Below are positions 51,172 to 64,000 of a stretch of 64,000 nucleotides of DNA, piece by piece (position 1 is the stretch's first letter; every line of letters starts with the position of its first letter). Origin of the DNA: Camelus ferus (Eukaryota). The position numbers and the translations under genes are program-made. The stretch is from positions 75,022,001 through 75,086,000 of the forward strand of contig NC_045696.1 of NCBI RefSeq assembly GCF_009834535.1, given 5' to 3'. The notes under the pieces were generated by a model. The model was given only the letters and a program-made list of their open reading frames with translations. It was not told the DNA's origin and did not search any database.

Positions 51172-52179
51172 TGTTAGTATTATACAACAGTGTCTTATCA
51201 TGAACCTTGAATCTGTTTTGGAGGGACTTCAGGCATTTTGGCCACTTTTACAAGTCTTATCAATATGCTGCAACATCAAATAATAAGATATCGGCACTTA
51301 CATTTGTTAAGTCATAAGCAGACCTCTAACATAGAAGCTTGATTTCTGTAACACAGCTAAACCACTCAACAAATTTTTACAGAAGGCCTACTCTGTGAGA
51401 GAAACTGTGCTGTAGTGGCTATATAAAAATATAACATACTGCTCGTAGTCTAGTGGAGGAGACAGTCAAATTTAACACAGAACTCACAGTTAGAGGCGTT
51501 CTCAGAATGCCATGAGCACATACAAGAGTGAACTCTGATGTGCTTACAATGGTCACTGAAGGTTAGGCAAAGGGAAAGCACTTGTAAGGGGTGGTGTGTG
51601 TGTGCGTTCTCTGTGTGTATGTGTCTGTGTGTGTGTGTGTGTACGGGTGTGTGTGTTTAGCAGGGAGTTGGGCATAATTCCAGATATACAGAACAACAGA
51701 GAATAACATGAAAAACTAAAGAGGTATGAGAGTGCATGTTATGACTGGAAACTAGCAAGTAACTGAATGTAAAATCTGAGAGCCTACTTTGTATCAAAGT
51801 TATACAGTAAAGAGAGAGTCTTGAAACACCAAAACATAGGTCTTACCTGTAGAAGAGCAATAAAGTAAGTCCTAACATGGTATCTAAGAATTATAAAATC
51901 GGCGTAGAGGAAGTACTCCCATAGCACTTGGTAATAGCCTAAGTATTTGTTTCATACTTTGTTGATGTTTGTTGAATGAAGGAATAAGGAAATGATAAAT
52001 CTTTAAGAATGTTCAGGAGTCAGCCAGGTTTTGTTTTTCCTTCTGAAATATTACCTTTATGGCACTACTAACTCCAGTGCTTCAATATTTATGTGATACT
52101 CCAAAATTTCCTTTATTTGGCCCTTCTAATTATTTGCTGCCATCTAGTGTAATAAAGTTGATGTTGTAATGCTTTTTCC

Positions 52180-53240
52180 CTAGGTTTATTGAAAAATAAT
52201 TGGCATATATCTGTGTGTAATTTTAAAGTGTACAGCATGATGGCTACATATATTGTGAAGTAATTACCACAATAAGTTAAGCTAACATCCATTCTCTCAT
52301 ACAGAAATAATAAAAAGGAAAGAAAGGAGAAAAGAAAAAAGGAAAAAAATTTTCTGTTTGTAATGAGAACTCTCAGAATTTACCATCTTTAACAACTTCC
52401 CTGTATATTGTAGAGCAGTGTTGGCTACAGTTATCTTGTTGTATATTATATCCCTAGTATTTATTTATCTTATAACTAAAAGACTGTACATTTTGACCAC
52501 CTTCCTCCAATTCCCCCTCCCTATACCCTCTATCTCTGGTTATCAGAAGTCTGATCTCCTTTTCTAGAAATTTGGTTCTTTTGCTTCATTTTATTTTATT
52601 TGGTTTTGTTTTAAGATACACATATAAATGGGATCATACAGTATCTGTCTTTCTCTGTCTAATCTTACTTAGCATAATGCCCTCAGGGTCCATCCATGTT
52701 GTCACAAATTGTAGGATTTCCTCATTTTTATGGATGAATAATATTCCATTAGATGTATCTATATAGCTCACATTATATAATAGATTTATAATGTCTATAT
52801 CTCACATTATAGATAATATAAATATATAATATGTATATAATGTCTTGGCTATTATAAATAGTGCTGCTATGAACATGGAGGTGCAGATATCTTTTTGAGT
52901 TGGTGTTTTTGTTTCCTTTGGATATATTCCTATCCCCCCAAAATGGAATTACTAGATCACATGATACTTCTATTTTTAATTTTTTGAAGGTTGTCCATAC
53001 TGTTTTCCATTTTACAATCCTCCATACTGTTTGCACCAATTTACAATCCCACCAACAGTACACAAGGGTCCCCTTTTCTCCACATCTACACCAGTATTTG
53101 TTATCTGTTGTCTTTTTGATGATGACCATTCTAACAGTTGCGAGGTGATATCTCATTATGGTTTTAATTTACATTTCCCTGTGACTAGTGATGCTGAGCA
53201 TCTTCTCATGTATGTGTCGGCCTTTCATATAGCTTCTTTG
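52180..53240 (-). mobile_element. L1 (L1MA-type) 3' end
   Basis: ORF 52773..53156(-) MRYHLATVRMVIIKKTTDNKYWCRCGEKGTLVYCWWDCKLVQ is the L1 ORF2 C-terminal cysteine-rich region, followed by 3'UTR. Confidence 0.9.
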
Positions 53241-53332
53241 TAATGTTGTTTTTAATTAACATGATATTCTGTTGGTTTTTTAGGAGTACTGCCCTTCACA
53301 TTTCATTTTATTTTAAAAAATATTTCATTTAT

Positions 53333-53440
53333 TTATTATTATATTTAATTATTTTATTTTGGGGGGAGGTAATTAGGTTTATTCATTTTTAGAGGAGGTA
53401 CTGGGGATTGAACCCAGGACTTTGTGCATGCTAAGCATTC
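53333..53440 (-). mobile_element. 5'-truncated tRNA-derived SINE (Vic-1-like)
   Basis: GGGGGGAGGTAATTAGGTTTATTCATTTTTAGAGGAGGTACTGGGGATTGAACCCAGGACTTTGTGCATGCTAAGCAT. Lacks the A-box end; TATTTCATTTTA repeated on both sides. Confidence 0.85.
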
Positions 53441-54562
53441 ATATTTCATTTTAAAATTTAAGCCATAATTAAAATTTGAATAAAAAGTGGGAAAGTGTCA
53501 TAATGATGGTAATATTTAATAGTAATGAGTATTCAGATTAGAGTCTATATATTAAAGCTAAGTCAGTGAAATAATCTGATATAAAATTCATGGAATCGTG
53601 GGTATAAAAGGTAACTAATATTACTTTAAAAATTAAGAACACTCTAAGGTAGTGCAATAGAACATGGTGCAATCTGGAACACCTATGTTACTGTCTCCTG
53701 GGTTCCTGTACTCCATCTGCTCAAAGTTCATTAACATTTACTTAATGATGACTTTTAATGTTTAAAAATGACATAGACTGTATCATTTCTTGATAATTAA
53801 AAAAAACCCTAAGTAAATTAAGGTCAGAAAATACCATTTAATTTATTCACTGACTCTAATTGTCATCTGCCTATCATAACGTCATTCTCTCTTTCTCCCT
53901 CCATCTCATTCCCTTTCTTTTTTATTCTGTGCAAAGGAAAATACTGCTTTGGTTTTTATTTCACTTTAGAAAACCTGTGGCCCTGAAGAAAGTGTTGACT
54001 GGGTAGGTCTGCCATGACATCATCACTAGACTTTCAAGGCAAATGTAAAATTAAATTGCTTTTGAAGCCAGCACTTGCTGTGATGGAGGAGACTCCGGAA
54101 GGAGGACTTCCTGCCTTTCCAGGCTTAAGGCCTCTTGGAGTTTCCTGTGGGAGTTACCAAATTAGAATTGACATCTCTTATTAGAATATTTGATCTTTCT
54201 TCCTGTCCCCAATTCTCCATCCCGTTGTACTATCAAACACCATGAATTCCTACATACAAGAAACTCCGAGCTCCTGCGGGGGGACCTGAATTTTAGCTCC
54301 TGTTATAAGTGATGGTATGACAGTCGAGACACATGGGCCTTACTTTCCTCTTTTATAAATTCAAGACTTTAGATGGGCTTTGTGTGTGTGTGTGTGTGTG
54401 TCCTTTCCATCTCTAAGTTGCAGTGATTTTTTTATGCTACTTACTTTGCTGAACTTTATTTATGCTCTAGATTTGAGGGAAATGCAAACCTTGCTTACAG
54501 AACAGTTCCTGAACAGGGAGGGAAATTACAGTAAAAGAGTTGTTGGAGAAATAAGGAAGGCT

Positions 54563-54710
54563 GGGGGGTAGCATATAGCTCAGTGTAGAGTGTGTGCTTA
54601 GCATGCAGGAGGTCGTGGGTGCAATCCCCAGTACCTCCACTGAAAAAAAAAAATGAATAAACCTAATTACCCCCCACTGCCAAAAAAAAAAAAAAAAAAG
54701 AAAGAAAGAA
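54563..54710 (+). mobile_element. tRNA-derived SINE (Vic-1-like, long form)
   Basis: TATAGCTCAGTGTAGAGTGTGTGCTTAGCATGCAGGAGGTC...AATAAACCTAATTACCCCCC plus A tail. Perfect 14-bp TSD AGAAATAAGGAAGG (54547-54560, 54711-54724). Confidence 0.9.
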
Positions 54711-56704
54711 AGAAATAAGGAAGGTTAACTGCTTGCCATTTTTCTTTTCAGTCCATCTGTTAAAAGATAGCAGAATCATTTCAAACATATCCTCATCCTC
54801 TCAGAATTAAAAAAAAAAAAAAAAAAGACCTGGTAGATTAAGTCTGAACAAGTGTTTCTGTCATTAAAAGGATTCAATATCCAGTATTGGGAAAGATGTA
54901 AGTTCATGATACACAGTTTTTCACAAGGAAGCCTAAAGCTGGGGGTAGATAAAATGAAATGGAAGGTACAGTATGTACTAGAGGCATGTTTAAATATTCA
55001 GAACACCGCAGGAGCTGCAGAATATCCTGACTCATCTTTGATAAGTTGCAGGCTATAACCATCTACTTACAGTACTTGTGGAAACTGGAGCTCCTTTTTA
55101 TGAAGTAATTATTGAGTTTCTAGAGTGGTTTATGGAAATTGGTCTTATTATTGTCTCATAACTAGGATGTTAGACTTAATGAACACATTCTTCAGATAAT
55201 CTGAAAAAAAGGAAGTTTCACCTTTAAAAGTGAGGCATTTTACTTCATTTAGGGATAGCACAAGGATCCACTTAACCTGATAAAGGAAATAAAAAGTTAT
55301 GTGTTAGGTTGAGACTCTATCCCTGTTAAGAACCTTTCCCAGGAGTTTGTATAATGGGAAAGAAGATTTAAGCACTTCATTCTTCCTTTTCTATTTTCTA
55401 CTTTCAAGCCCCTAAAACCTATCCAAAGACATTTATTTAGCACCAGTTCCCCACTATTGAAGGGCCCTTATTAAAAACCTAAAACAATTTATGATGCCCA
55501 TCTCATAGTAATTATATTTTTGTATCTAGTAATTAGAAGATGACACACATATAAAAACCTGCCATGAATTTAGACCACTTTGAATGGAATTTGATTAGTT
55601 ATGCCTAGCACTTCTTTACATTTGGAACATAGTACATACATTATCTGGAGATACTATTCAGACTATACATCATGTTAAGTGAGCAAAAGGATTGGATAAT
55701 CTCTTGTATTATCTCTACAGGTCCAAGGTGCAAAGGTAGGACCCTGTCTACTGCTCTGGAACATCAAAATTAAGCCAGGTTGAGGGTGGAGGGGGCTGAG
55801 ATGCATATTGGTTGAGTTCTCTCTCTGGAGTTAGTGTTATAAAAACAAAGGGTATATTGAAAATATGTATGTTTTTCTCCCTCAAACATTCTCCGGCCTT
55901 GAGATTTGTGTGCTGCCTTGCCACCTCCCCACCCTCCCTTCAGTACCTCTCCAGGAGCAGTGGTTTCTGCCCTTGGAGATTTCACACACAGGGAACATTT
56001 AATAAGACAAAAACAAGTAAGTTTTGGGAGAAATGGAGAAATTGTATGGTTAGGAACATTAAAAAAACACCACAATACACTATCATTATCATATTTTAAA
56101 AAAAGATACATCAAGATTAGAAAAAACATAGTTTCAGTATAAAGAGTCAAATTTTAGTTAAATAAATTTAACTTAATGGAAAATTGACTGCATTGTCCTT
56201 ATTTTTCTCATTTTCTAGCAGATTGGTGAAATTATTTTTATGGTCTGGTGGTTTGGAATCACTGCTCAGAGGATAAAAGCATAATCTTCATTTCAAATAA
56301 CATATTTTTGTTGAATTTTTGTTTCCTACCTAGAACTTATGTTCAAATCCTTTAAGAAAGCCTCAGGTGATACAGGTAATAACTTTGTTTCTTCCACATT
56401 GAAGAAAGCCTCAAACTTAGGTCTAACATCGAATGTTTACTTCTTTCCTTATATCCTGTTATCTTCCTTTGGTTATATTTCTTCATTTTGTCATAAAAAG
56501 TACTTTGCCTCATTCCCATAAAAACTATCTGAGGTGGCTTTAGCATATATTGTAATAAAATTAAATAAGAAGAAGAGGAAATGGAGATGAGAAAAATAAA
56601 AATAAGGAAATAATGCATTGAGAGTCCTGCATAACTTTTAGAGGTGAGCCTCACGTTTGAATCTAGGATTCCTAACAGTCAAAAGAAAGAGGGAAGCAGA
56701 TTGA

Positions 56705-57245
56705 TAAATTATCTTTTATTGTATAACAAGTTACCTCAAAATTTAGCTGCTTAAAATACCAAACATTTATTATCTCTGGGGGTCGGGAATCTAGGAGGGC
56801 TGGAGCTGGGTGGTTCTGGCTCAGCGTCTCTCACAAGGCTGAAGTTAAGATGTCAGCCAAGGCTGCAGTTGTTTGAAGGCTTGAGTGGGGCTGCAGGATC
56901 CATTTCCAAGGTAGTTCATCACATGACAGTTGGCTGAGGCTGATGGTCTTGGTTCCTGGCTGGCTGTTGGCAGAAGGCATTAATTCTTCACCATGACTCT
57001 GCACAGGGCTGCCTGGGTGTCCTTATAACATGGTACCTGGATTTCTGAGAATGAGTGACTTAAGAGAGAAGGCAGGAAAAGAAGCTGTATTGCCTTTTAT
57101 GATCTAGTCTCAGAAATGACATACCAATACTTCTATAGTATTCTGTTGGTCACACAGACCAACCCTATTACACTGTGGGATGAAACTACACAAGAATGTG
57201 ATCCTTGGAGATCACTGGGGGCCATCTTGGCAAATGGCTTCGCAA
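56705..57245 (-). mobile_element. MaLR LTR (MLT1 family)
   Basis: ATAACAAGTTACCTCAAAATTTAGCTGCTTAAAA...GCTGGGTGGTTCTGGCTCAG...TCACTGGGGGCCATCTT. Confidence 0.75.
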
Positions 57246-57509
57246 TGATCAAATTAAAAGATTTAGCATTATTAATTTAAAACACAAAGAAGTTTTGTTG
57301 GAAAAAGAAAGCTGTTCCTCCTCCCACCTCAAACTGAGATATGAAAGAAATTTAATTTATTTCATGGAAATGCATAAAGAGGATATTATATGAGGTCATA
57401 TAAAATGCTCTCAGCAATATGCCTGAAAGAATTCTATATGAATGTTTTTTATGTTACCTTTTGTTATAAATTAAGTGGTTGTGTCCTTTCAAAGTTTATC
57501 ATATACATG

Positions 57510-57832
57510 TTATATGATTTTGGGAAGTGGGGCTTTGGGGAGATAAGTAGATTTAGATGAGGTCATGAGAACATGGAGTCAGGGTCCTCATGGTGGGAAT
57601 TTTGCCCTTACAAGAAAAGACCAAAGAGTACTCTCTCTTTCTGTCTTCGCCATGTGAGGACACATCAAGAGGATGGCCATCTGCCAACCAGGAAGAGGGC
57701 TCTTACCAGACACTGAATCTGCCAGCACCTTGATCTTGGAGTTCCCAGCCTCCAGAACTGTGAGAAATAAATTTTCATTGTTTAATCCACCCAATCTATG
57801 GCGTTCTGTTATAGCAGCCTGAACTGACTGAC
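57510..57832 (+). mobile_element. MaLR LTR (MLT1A-like)
   Basis: GCCATGTGAGGACACA...AATCTGCCAGCACCTTGATCTTGGAGTTCCCAGCCTCCAGAACTGTGAGAAATAAA...GTTATAGCAGCCTGAACTGACT. Confidence 0.85.
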
Positions 57833-58984
57833 GTCCCTTAATGTAAACTGATGGCATAAAAACAAAATATCTCTAGGTGGAAGCACTGATAACAAGAAAT
57901 CTACACAATCAGTCAAAATTCAAAGTGTTCAGATGTATTAGCATAATACAAGGATAATCTTTAGGGAAATTAGAGTGATGCTTCCCATGTTGACATAATT
58001 CTGTTCCTGGGATTATAGATATCAGTGTTCTGAGGATACTTTAAACCAAAGGATTAACATGTCCTATCTTTCTGAAGCATTAAATTTATATGAAGATTTT
58101 GGAGGAAAATCGTGAATATTTTTTATCAAAATATTGTGTCACATAAATCCACAAAAAAAATCAGGAGTCATCTTGTTTTGTGTTTTCATGGTTTTATTAA
58201 TTTTTTTACCAATTTTATGTTTTACATTTGTTCAATTTGTGTATGTTTTAATATTTTTATACACCAGGAATTACTGGGAAATTTGGACTTCTGTAACATT
58301 GAGGAAATCTCATATATTTGCCCCTTTGACCCCTCCCAATTGGGAACATTTTTGCTGTGAGCCCACTTCCTCCCTATCATCCATCCCCTCCCCCTGCCTC
58401 CAAAATAGTGTTTAAAACTAGGCTGTGTGATATCTCAGGCTACCTGTGGAGGCTCACACATTTAGTATTTTGAAGAATGAGATCACCTCTTTTCAAACCC
58501 CTGCATGCATTTGTTTGTGTAGTTGTTTATTTATGATATTGATTATAGAAAATATTTTATTCATAAGTCATCTCAACTTGGTAACATAATTTCCCATAAT
58601 TAAGTCGTTTGTTTATAACTATGAAACTTCACTTAGTTATACTTTCCATGGCAGTGAGTTCCCTTTTAATATAAATACATCTGAAATTCTGCTTTAGAAA
58701 TTACTGTAATGCCTCTCTTTTTCTTCTTAAAAATACAATATTATATATTTAAAATTGTATTTTCAAATAGGGCCACCTATTGATAGTGGCAAGTGAAATT
58801 TTGATGTATAAGCTTAAAACCTATGAATACATAAATTACTCATACTCAAGTAAAGAAAATAAGGGAAATGATCAAAGGTTGTGAGCATTGTCCCTGAAGA
58901 CTGCCTCACTAGCAGAAAGTAAGAGTTAGCAGTACTCCAATCATAATAGTAAGAGTCAGCAGTAATTAAAAAATGTAGACTATA

Positions 58985-59320
58985 TTCAGATACTAGGTTA
59001 TGTGTGGTAGCAAATTAACCTCAAAATCTTAGTGGCTTAATAGTACAGTGGCTATTTCTCATTTGACCAGTCAGTTGTGGGTCCAGTGACTCTCCAGGGC
59101 AGCTCTGTTTCAAATCTATTTCCATATTGTGACTGTTATCTCAAAATCTGGCTTCCAGATTAGATCACATACTGGCTGTTAAATGCTTTGAGTTAGAAAT
59201 GATAGGCATTGTTTTCTTTCCCAGCCCAAAGCTGGCCACATGGGCTTATCTAATGGCAAGGGTAAAGGAATATGGAGCTCATGTATATTTGGTGAGCAGG
59301 ATATGTCTCTGCCACGGATG
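58985..59320 (-). mobile_element. Old MaLR LTR (MLT1J/K-like)
   Basis: CTAGGTTATGTGTGGTAGCAAATTAACCTCAAAATCTTAGTGGCTTAA...TATTTCTCA...TATATTTGGTGAGCA. Confidence 0.6.
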
Positions 59321-60869
59321 CTTCTTCAAGCGTGAGTCTTACTATCATGGACGTGCGAAATAGCTTGAACTTTAGTATGACTTATGGGGATAAAGTCCGA
59401 GTAGCCGTGTAAAACCGCCCACCTTTCGGTGGTTTTTAAAAATCAACCACACAAACTATGAAGAAAAATTACTAAAATTTTTAACAAGAAATGAAATAAT
59501 TAAATCTGCCTTTGAAATCAATTTTAGAATTCTTGTGGACAATGATGCTACTGAATAGGAGAAAATTTGGTGGTAATATGGTACTGTAGATTTGGCTAAA
59601 ATATGTTTTACCTCAAAAATTCGTATCTAAGCGGAAACAATTGACCTTTTTGAACTTTACCATCGAAGGACACATTTTTATATGCTCAAAACATGTACTC
59701 AAACATGTTAAGACAAATATTATTCATGTAGCTTTTCATTGATTTTTGTTTATTTTTATTTACTATGAGAATATTTGTGAATTTGTTTTATTTGCAAAGT
59801 GCAAACAAAAATATTTTCAACAAGATGGTGAGTTTTCAGTGAACAGAATAGCAACTGAAAAAATTAATAAATGGGGTGAAATCTATCACATATAAAGCTG
59901 TGGGGTGGTTGTCTCCTGAATTTATTAGCTAATACTGTACCATTTACTGAGAACATTTCACCTGAAAAAATTTGCCTTTTAGTATGTTTAACAGGATGGT
60001 TAAAAGTGATAAATTGTGAATTTTTTTTTACTGAAAACAATAGCATGCTTCAATGAAAAACTAATTTTGAGGGTAGGTGAATAAAGTTGTTCTTGAGGAT
60101 CATGAACCATTTGAGACTTAAATTTACATGTGATTAAAAATTATAGCTTTAATGGTAAAACTTCACTTTCTTCATTGAAAATGTTTTTTGACAAGTAATC
60201 CCCAAATGATAAAATATACTGACCCTGGATTAAGGAGACTTTCAGTCTTTCTTATGTCACTAGTGGCTTTTTCTTACAGAATGTCTGACATCAGCCTGAA
60301 ATTTCTGCTTGCACTCAATTATCTTTGTACCTGTATTCAGAGTTTCTCCTTTTGGTGATTTCTCTTCCTAGCTTGTAGTGTAGTAAAAAACAAACAAACA
60401 CTTACAAACAAAAGTTTTGTTATCTCTCTCTGCACATTTATGGGGTTCTGGGGTCTTCAAAGTATTGTTACCTCAAGAGAAAAGAGAAAATTGACAAGAA
60501 ATTGAAAACATGCTTGGTAGGAGCTTGCCTCAATCCAATTTTGCAAAATTGGTACATTCTTTGTTACAGCATTTTGTCCACTTACCACAAGTCTGTGCTT
60601 TTACTAAACTTTTCCCTGATGGTAACTAATTCAAAACATTGTTTCTATATTCAAAGACACATATTATAAATTAGGATGCAAGGGTTCTAATAGGAAGTTT
60701 TTATTTTGGAGTTCCCCATCAGGTTGGCCAAGACTGTTAGAGCCACATTGTTTTTTGAAGACTTTTCCTGCCCAACCCTGACTTACTCCATTTAACTTTG
60801 GTAGATATCACCCTCCACAAACCTCATGCACTCCTAATACCATCATAGTGTCTGCTTACTCAAGGACCT

Positions 60870-62340
60870 TTAGTGACAAAGTAAGGCACCAGCAGTGAAG
60901 ATTATAAACTGGATCATTCATCATTTGGCTGGCAATGATAGCTGCATTCCAGGTGGTATGTGAGACAGAAATATTTTCTAGCACAAGTTAACAGCCAAAT
61001 TGCTAACATTTTCACCAATGGTGATTTGGGAAAATGGTGGAGGATACCTTGACTGGTACAATAATTCAGGCTTTGGAAAAGTGCCAGGGTAGTGGTGGGT
61101 GGACAATGAATACAAAGACATGAAATTATCTAGCTGGTATTACATTTCATTGATGCTTTGCTTTACAGCAGGCTAATGAAATGTTGACGGCATTTAACAA
61201 ACAGTTGAAAACCAAGTGTGGAGGTCATAAGGCCTCTTTAGTGATTACAATAGCTTTTATTTCCTGCATTGAGAGAGCAGAAATTACTGAAAACCATATT
61301 CGGGACTTAGTTTGAGTCATCAAGCTTCATAGACTTCATTTACTTCTTAGCTAAGACAGGACAGCAATTCGTCAAGATCAGGGCTTTGGTTGGGAAACTT
61401 GGGTCCCTGATACATGGGATGAGGACATTTGTGTGGATAACCTCAAAGATTTTGAATCCTCAGATTTCTCTGAACCTTCAGAGCCTACAGAGATGACCTG
61501 CCCCTCCCTATTAAGAGGCAGCATTCCTACCTTTTATTCCCCATGGGGAAGACACTACAGAGGCCTCTCCGCTGCAAAGCAACAGAAGCCCTCTCCCCTG
61601 GCTTTCAGGCCAATAACTAAGATTAAGGCACAGAATAATCCATCCAGGGGTGTGTGTGTGATTGATATATATATATATTTTTTCATTTTGCTGTACACTG
61701 AAACACTGTAAATCAACTATACTACAAGTAAACATAAATAAAATAGAAAAAAGTACTGATCAAAAGTGACATATTGTATGATTCAATTTATATGAAATGT
61801 CTAGAATAGGCAAATCCACCGAGAGAGAAAAATAGATGAACAGTTATCAGCTGCTGGTGGGGATTGGGGGAATGGAGAATGGTCACTACTACTTAATGGG
61901 TATAGAGTTTATTTTTAGAGGTAATAAAATATTTTGGAATTAGATAGTGGATAGTTGTACAATATTGTGAGTGTACTAAAAATCATTGAATTATACATTC
62001 CAAAATGTAAAATCATGAATTTTATGCTATGTGAATTTTATCATAATTTAAAAAGAGATGATCCCTTGCCCAGACCTGAGTCAGTTTTCAGGTCTAGAAC
62101 CTGCTGAATGAAGAGGTGGCCAGATTCTCAAGAAGAAGTTCCCTGAAACATCACAGCAAATACATGCTCTGACAGTAGCCTCAGTCCTTGTCCAATGACC
62201 TAAGTTCATTTATTCAGGTGACTGTTCTGTTCACTGAGGAAAGAGAACTGTCTGGACATGTTGAAGACTATTAGACACTACAGGAAATAAGTTGACACTG
62301 ATAAACAAAATATCAAAGTGGCATCATGCCCCCTATTAGT
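60870..62340 (+). mobile_element. ERVL-MaLR internal sequence fragments, interrupted by L1 3' ends (~61650-62055)
   Basis: MLT-int-like motifs (TGGGTCCCTGATACATGGGATGAGGACATTTGTGTGGA, TTTCAGGCCAATAACTAAGATT, CAGACCTGAGTCAGTTTTCAG). L1M 3'UTR motif CATATTGTATGATTCAATTTATATGAAATGTCTAGAATAGGCAAATCCA. Confidence 0.65.
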
Positions 62341-62354
62341 CTGCTTGGGTTTGC

Positions 62355-63180
62355 AGTCCTAGTCACAATCAAGCAAGATAAAGAATTAAAGGAATTCAAA
62401 TTGGAAAGAAAGAAGTAAAACTGTCACTGTTTGTAGATGACATGATACTATACATAGAAAATCCTAAAGACACCACCAAAAAACTACTAGAGTTTATGAA
62501 TTTGGTAAAGTCACAAGATACAAAATTAGCATACAGAAATCTGTTGCATTCTATACACTAACAATGAACTATCAGAGAAATTTAAAAAATCCCATTTACC
62601 ATGATATAAAAAACAATGTAATATCTAGGAATAAACCTACCTAAGGAGATAAAAGACCTGTATTCAGAAAACTATAAGACATTAAGGAAAGAAATTGAAG
62701 ACAACACAAACAGACAGAGAGATATACCATATTCATGGATTGGAAGAATTAATACTGTGAAAATGACCATACTACTCAAGGCAATCTATAGATTCAATGT
62801 AATCCTTATCAAAATACCAATGACATATTTTACAAAGTAGAACAAACAATTCTAATATTTGTATGGAAACACAGAAGACCCCAAATGGTGAAAACAATCT
62901 TTAGAAAGAAGAACAGAGCTAGAGGTTTCATGCCTGTCTTTTGACTATACTACAAAGTTACAATAATCAAAGCAGTATAGTACTGGAACAAAAATAGATC
63001 AATGGAACAAAAATGATCAATGGAACAGAATACAGAGCCCAGAAATAAATTCACACTTATATAGTCAATTAATCTATGACAAAGGAGGCAAGAATATACA
63101 ATGAAGGAAAGACAGTCTCTTCAGTAAATGGTATTGTGAAAACTGGACAGCTACATGCAGAAGAATCAAACCAGACTCCC
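62355..63180 (+). mobile_element. L1 ORF2 fragment
   Basis: GAAGAAGTAAAACTGTCACTGTTTGTAGATGACATGATACTATACATAGAAAATCC (FADD region); collinear with 28850-29800. Confidence 0.9.
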
Positions 63181-64000
63181 TATAAACAATGTGTCCATTT
63201 AAAAAATTTTAATATAAAGTATGTATACATAAACAAAATCAGTTCAGAAAATTCTGTGTTTTCTACGGAGACATGAAGGATTACTCTCCCCAAATGGCCT
63301 ATGTACACTAGCTGTGGGTGTGATTGCTAAACAATCATTGTATTTATGAAGCCATTTCTAGAAAACAGTCAATTTGGTTTGTTGGTGGTTGTACTGGAAG
63401 GTGTGTTTCAGCCAAAGAAATAGCCTTAATTTCCTGCAGTAGTTTGTCTACTACTAGGGCACATGTTGCTATAGTTAGATCTCCTTGACAGTTTAATTAA
63501 TGATTAAAAAATAAGCATACAACCCTGTGAATGTACTTAATGGCACTGAACTGAACACTTAAAAATAGTGAACATGGTAAGTTTATGTTATGTATATTTT
63601 ACCCCTCCCCCCATCCCCAGCAAATACTACTATGGGAGAATTTACAAGTTAATAAAATGTTAGAGTTTGAATTTCCTCAGCTCATCATGAAAGTGTTGAA
63701 GTTGACTATGAGAGGATGTGACATTTTAGCTTTAGGCAGTCTCTTCCTAGTCTTTACTGCCTTGCAAGTGAAGCTCCAGGGGTCAAGAGAAAGTGTTCTC
63801 TATCTGTTTCTCTTTCCCACTTTGACGCGGGGGAGAGGGCAAACGTTCTTGTGTGATTGGAGACCATTGAGAAGGCAGCCACACTATTCTTCCTCCATCC
63901 CGGGAAATGTGCAGTTTAAAGTTTCTGTCGCAGCAGTTTAAAGAATCCTGGATATTCTAGCAGCTCCACTCAGCGACTTTAGCGGCAATCAGCGGACTGA

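Noticed and set aside
1..64000. CRISPR arrays, operons or other prokaryotic-type systems
   Set aside because: The sequence is mammalian; there is no repeat-spacer array and no intact coding cluster.

Overview
Mammalian genomic DNA, AT-rich and repeat-dense. It is probably from a camelid, because it carries seven copies of a tRNA-derived SINE resembling Vic-1. The window holds the 5' end of PIK3CA on the minus strand: a CpG-island promoter (~39.6-41.15 kb), non-coding exon 1 (40460->40220, recognised from memory of the human 5'UTR, with a GTGAGT donor) and more than 40 kb of intron 1 running off the left edge. No protein-coding exon is present; the ORF track reflects chance, GC-rich or transposon-derived frames. 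The upstream intergenic part (41-64 kb) contains a near full-length Tigger1, an internally deleted Tigger1, MaLR LTR and internal pieces, and L1s. The last ~200 bp rise in CpG and may be the edge of the next promoter (ZMAT3 by synteny, inferred only). I found no new multi-gene system. The most notable observations are small: two tailless 5'-half tRNA retrocopies (Gly-GCC, Met-CAT) ending at the anticodon with TSDs, a templated 19-nt insertion apparently copied from ~3 kb away, a tiny L1 3' transduction, a uORF start and G-quadruplex in exon 1, and splice signals for an alternative first exon and a divergent transcript. Repeat family names come from recalled consensus sequences, and boundaries of old repeats are approximate.
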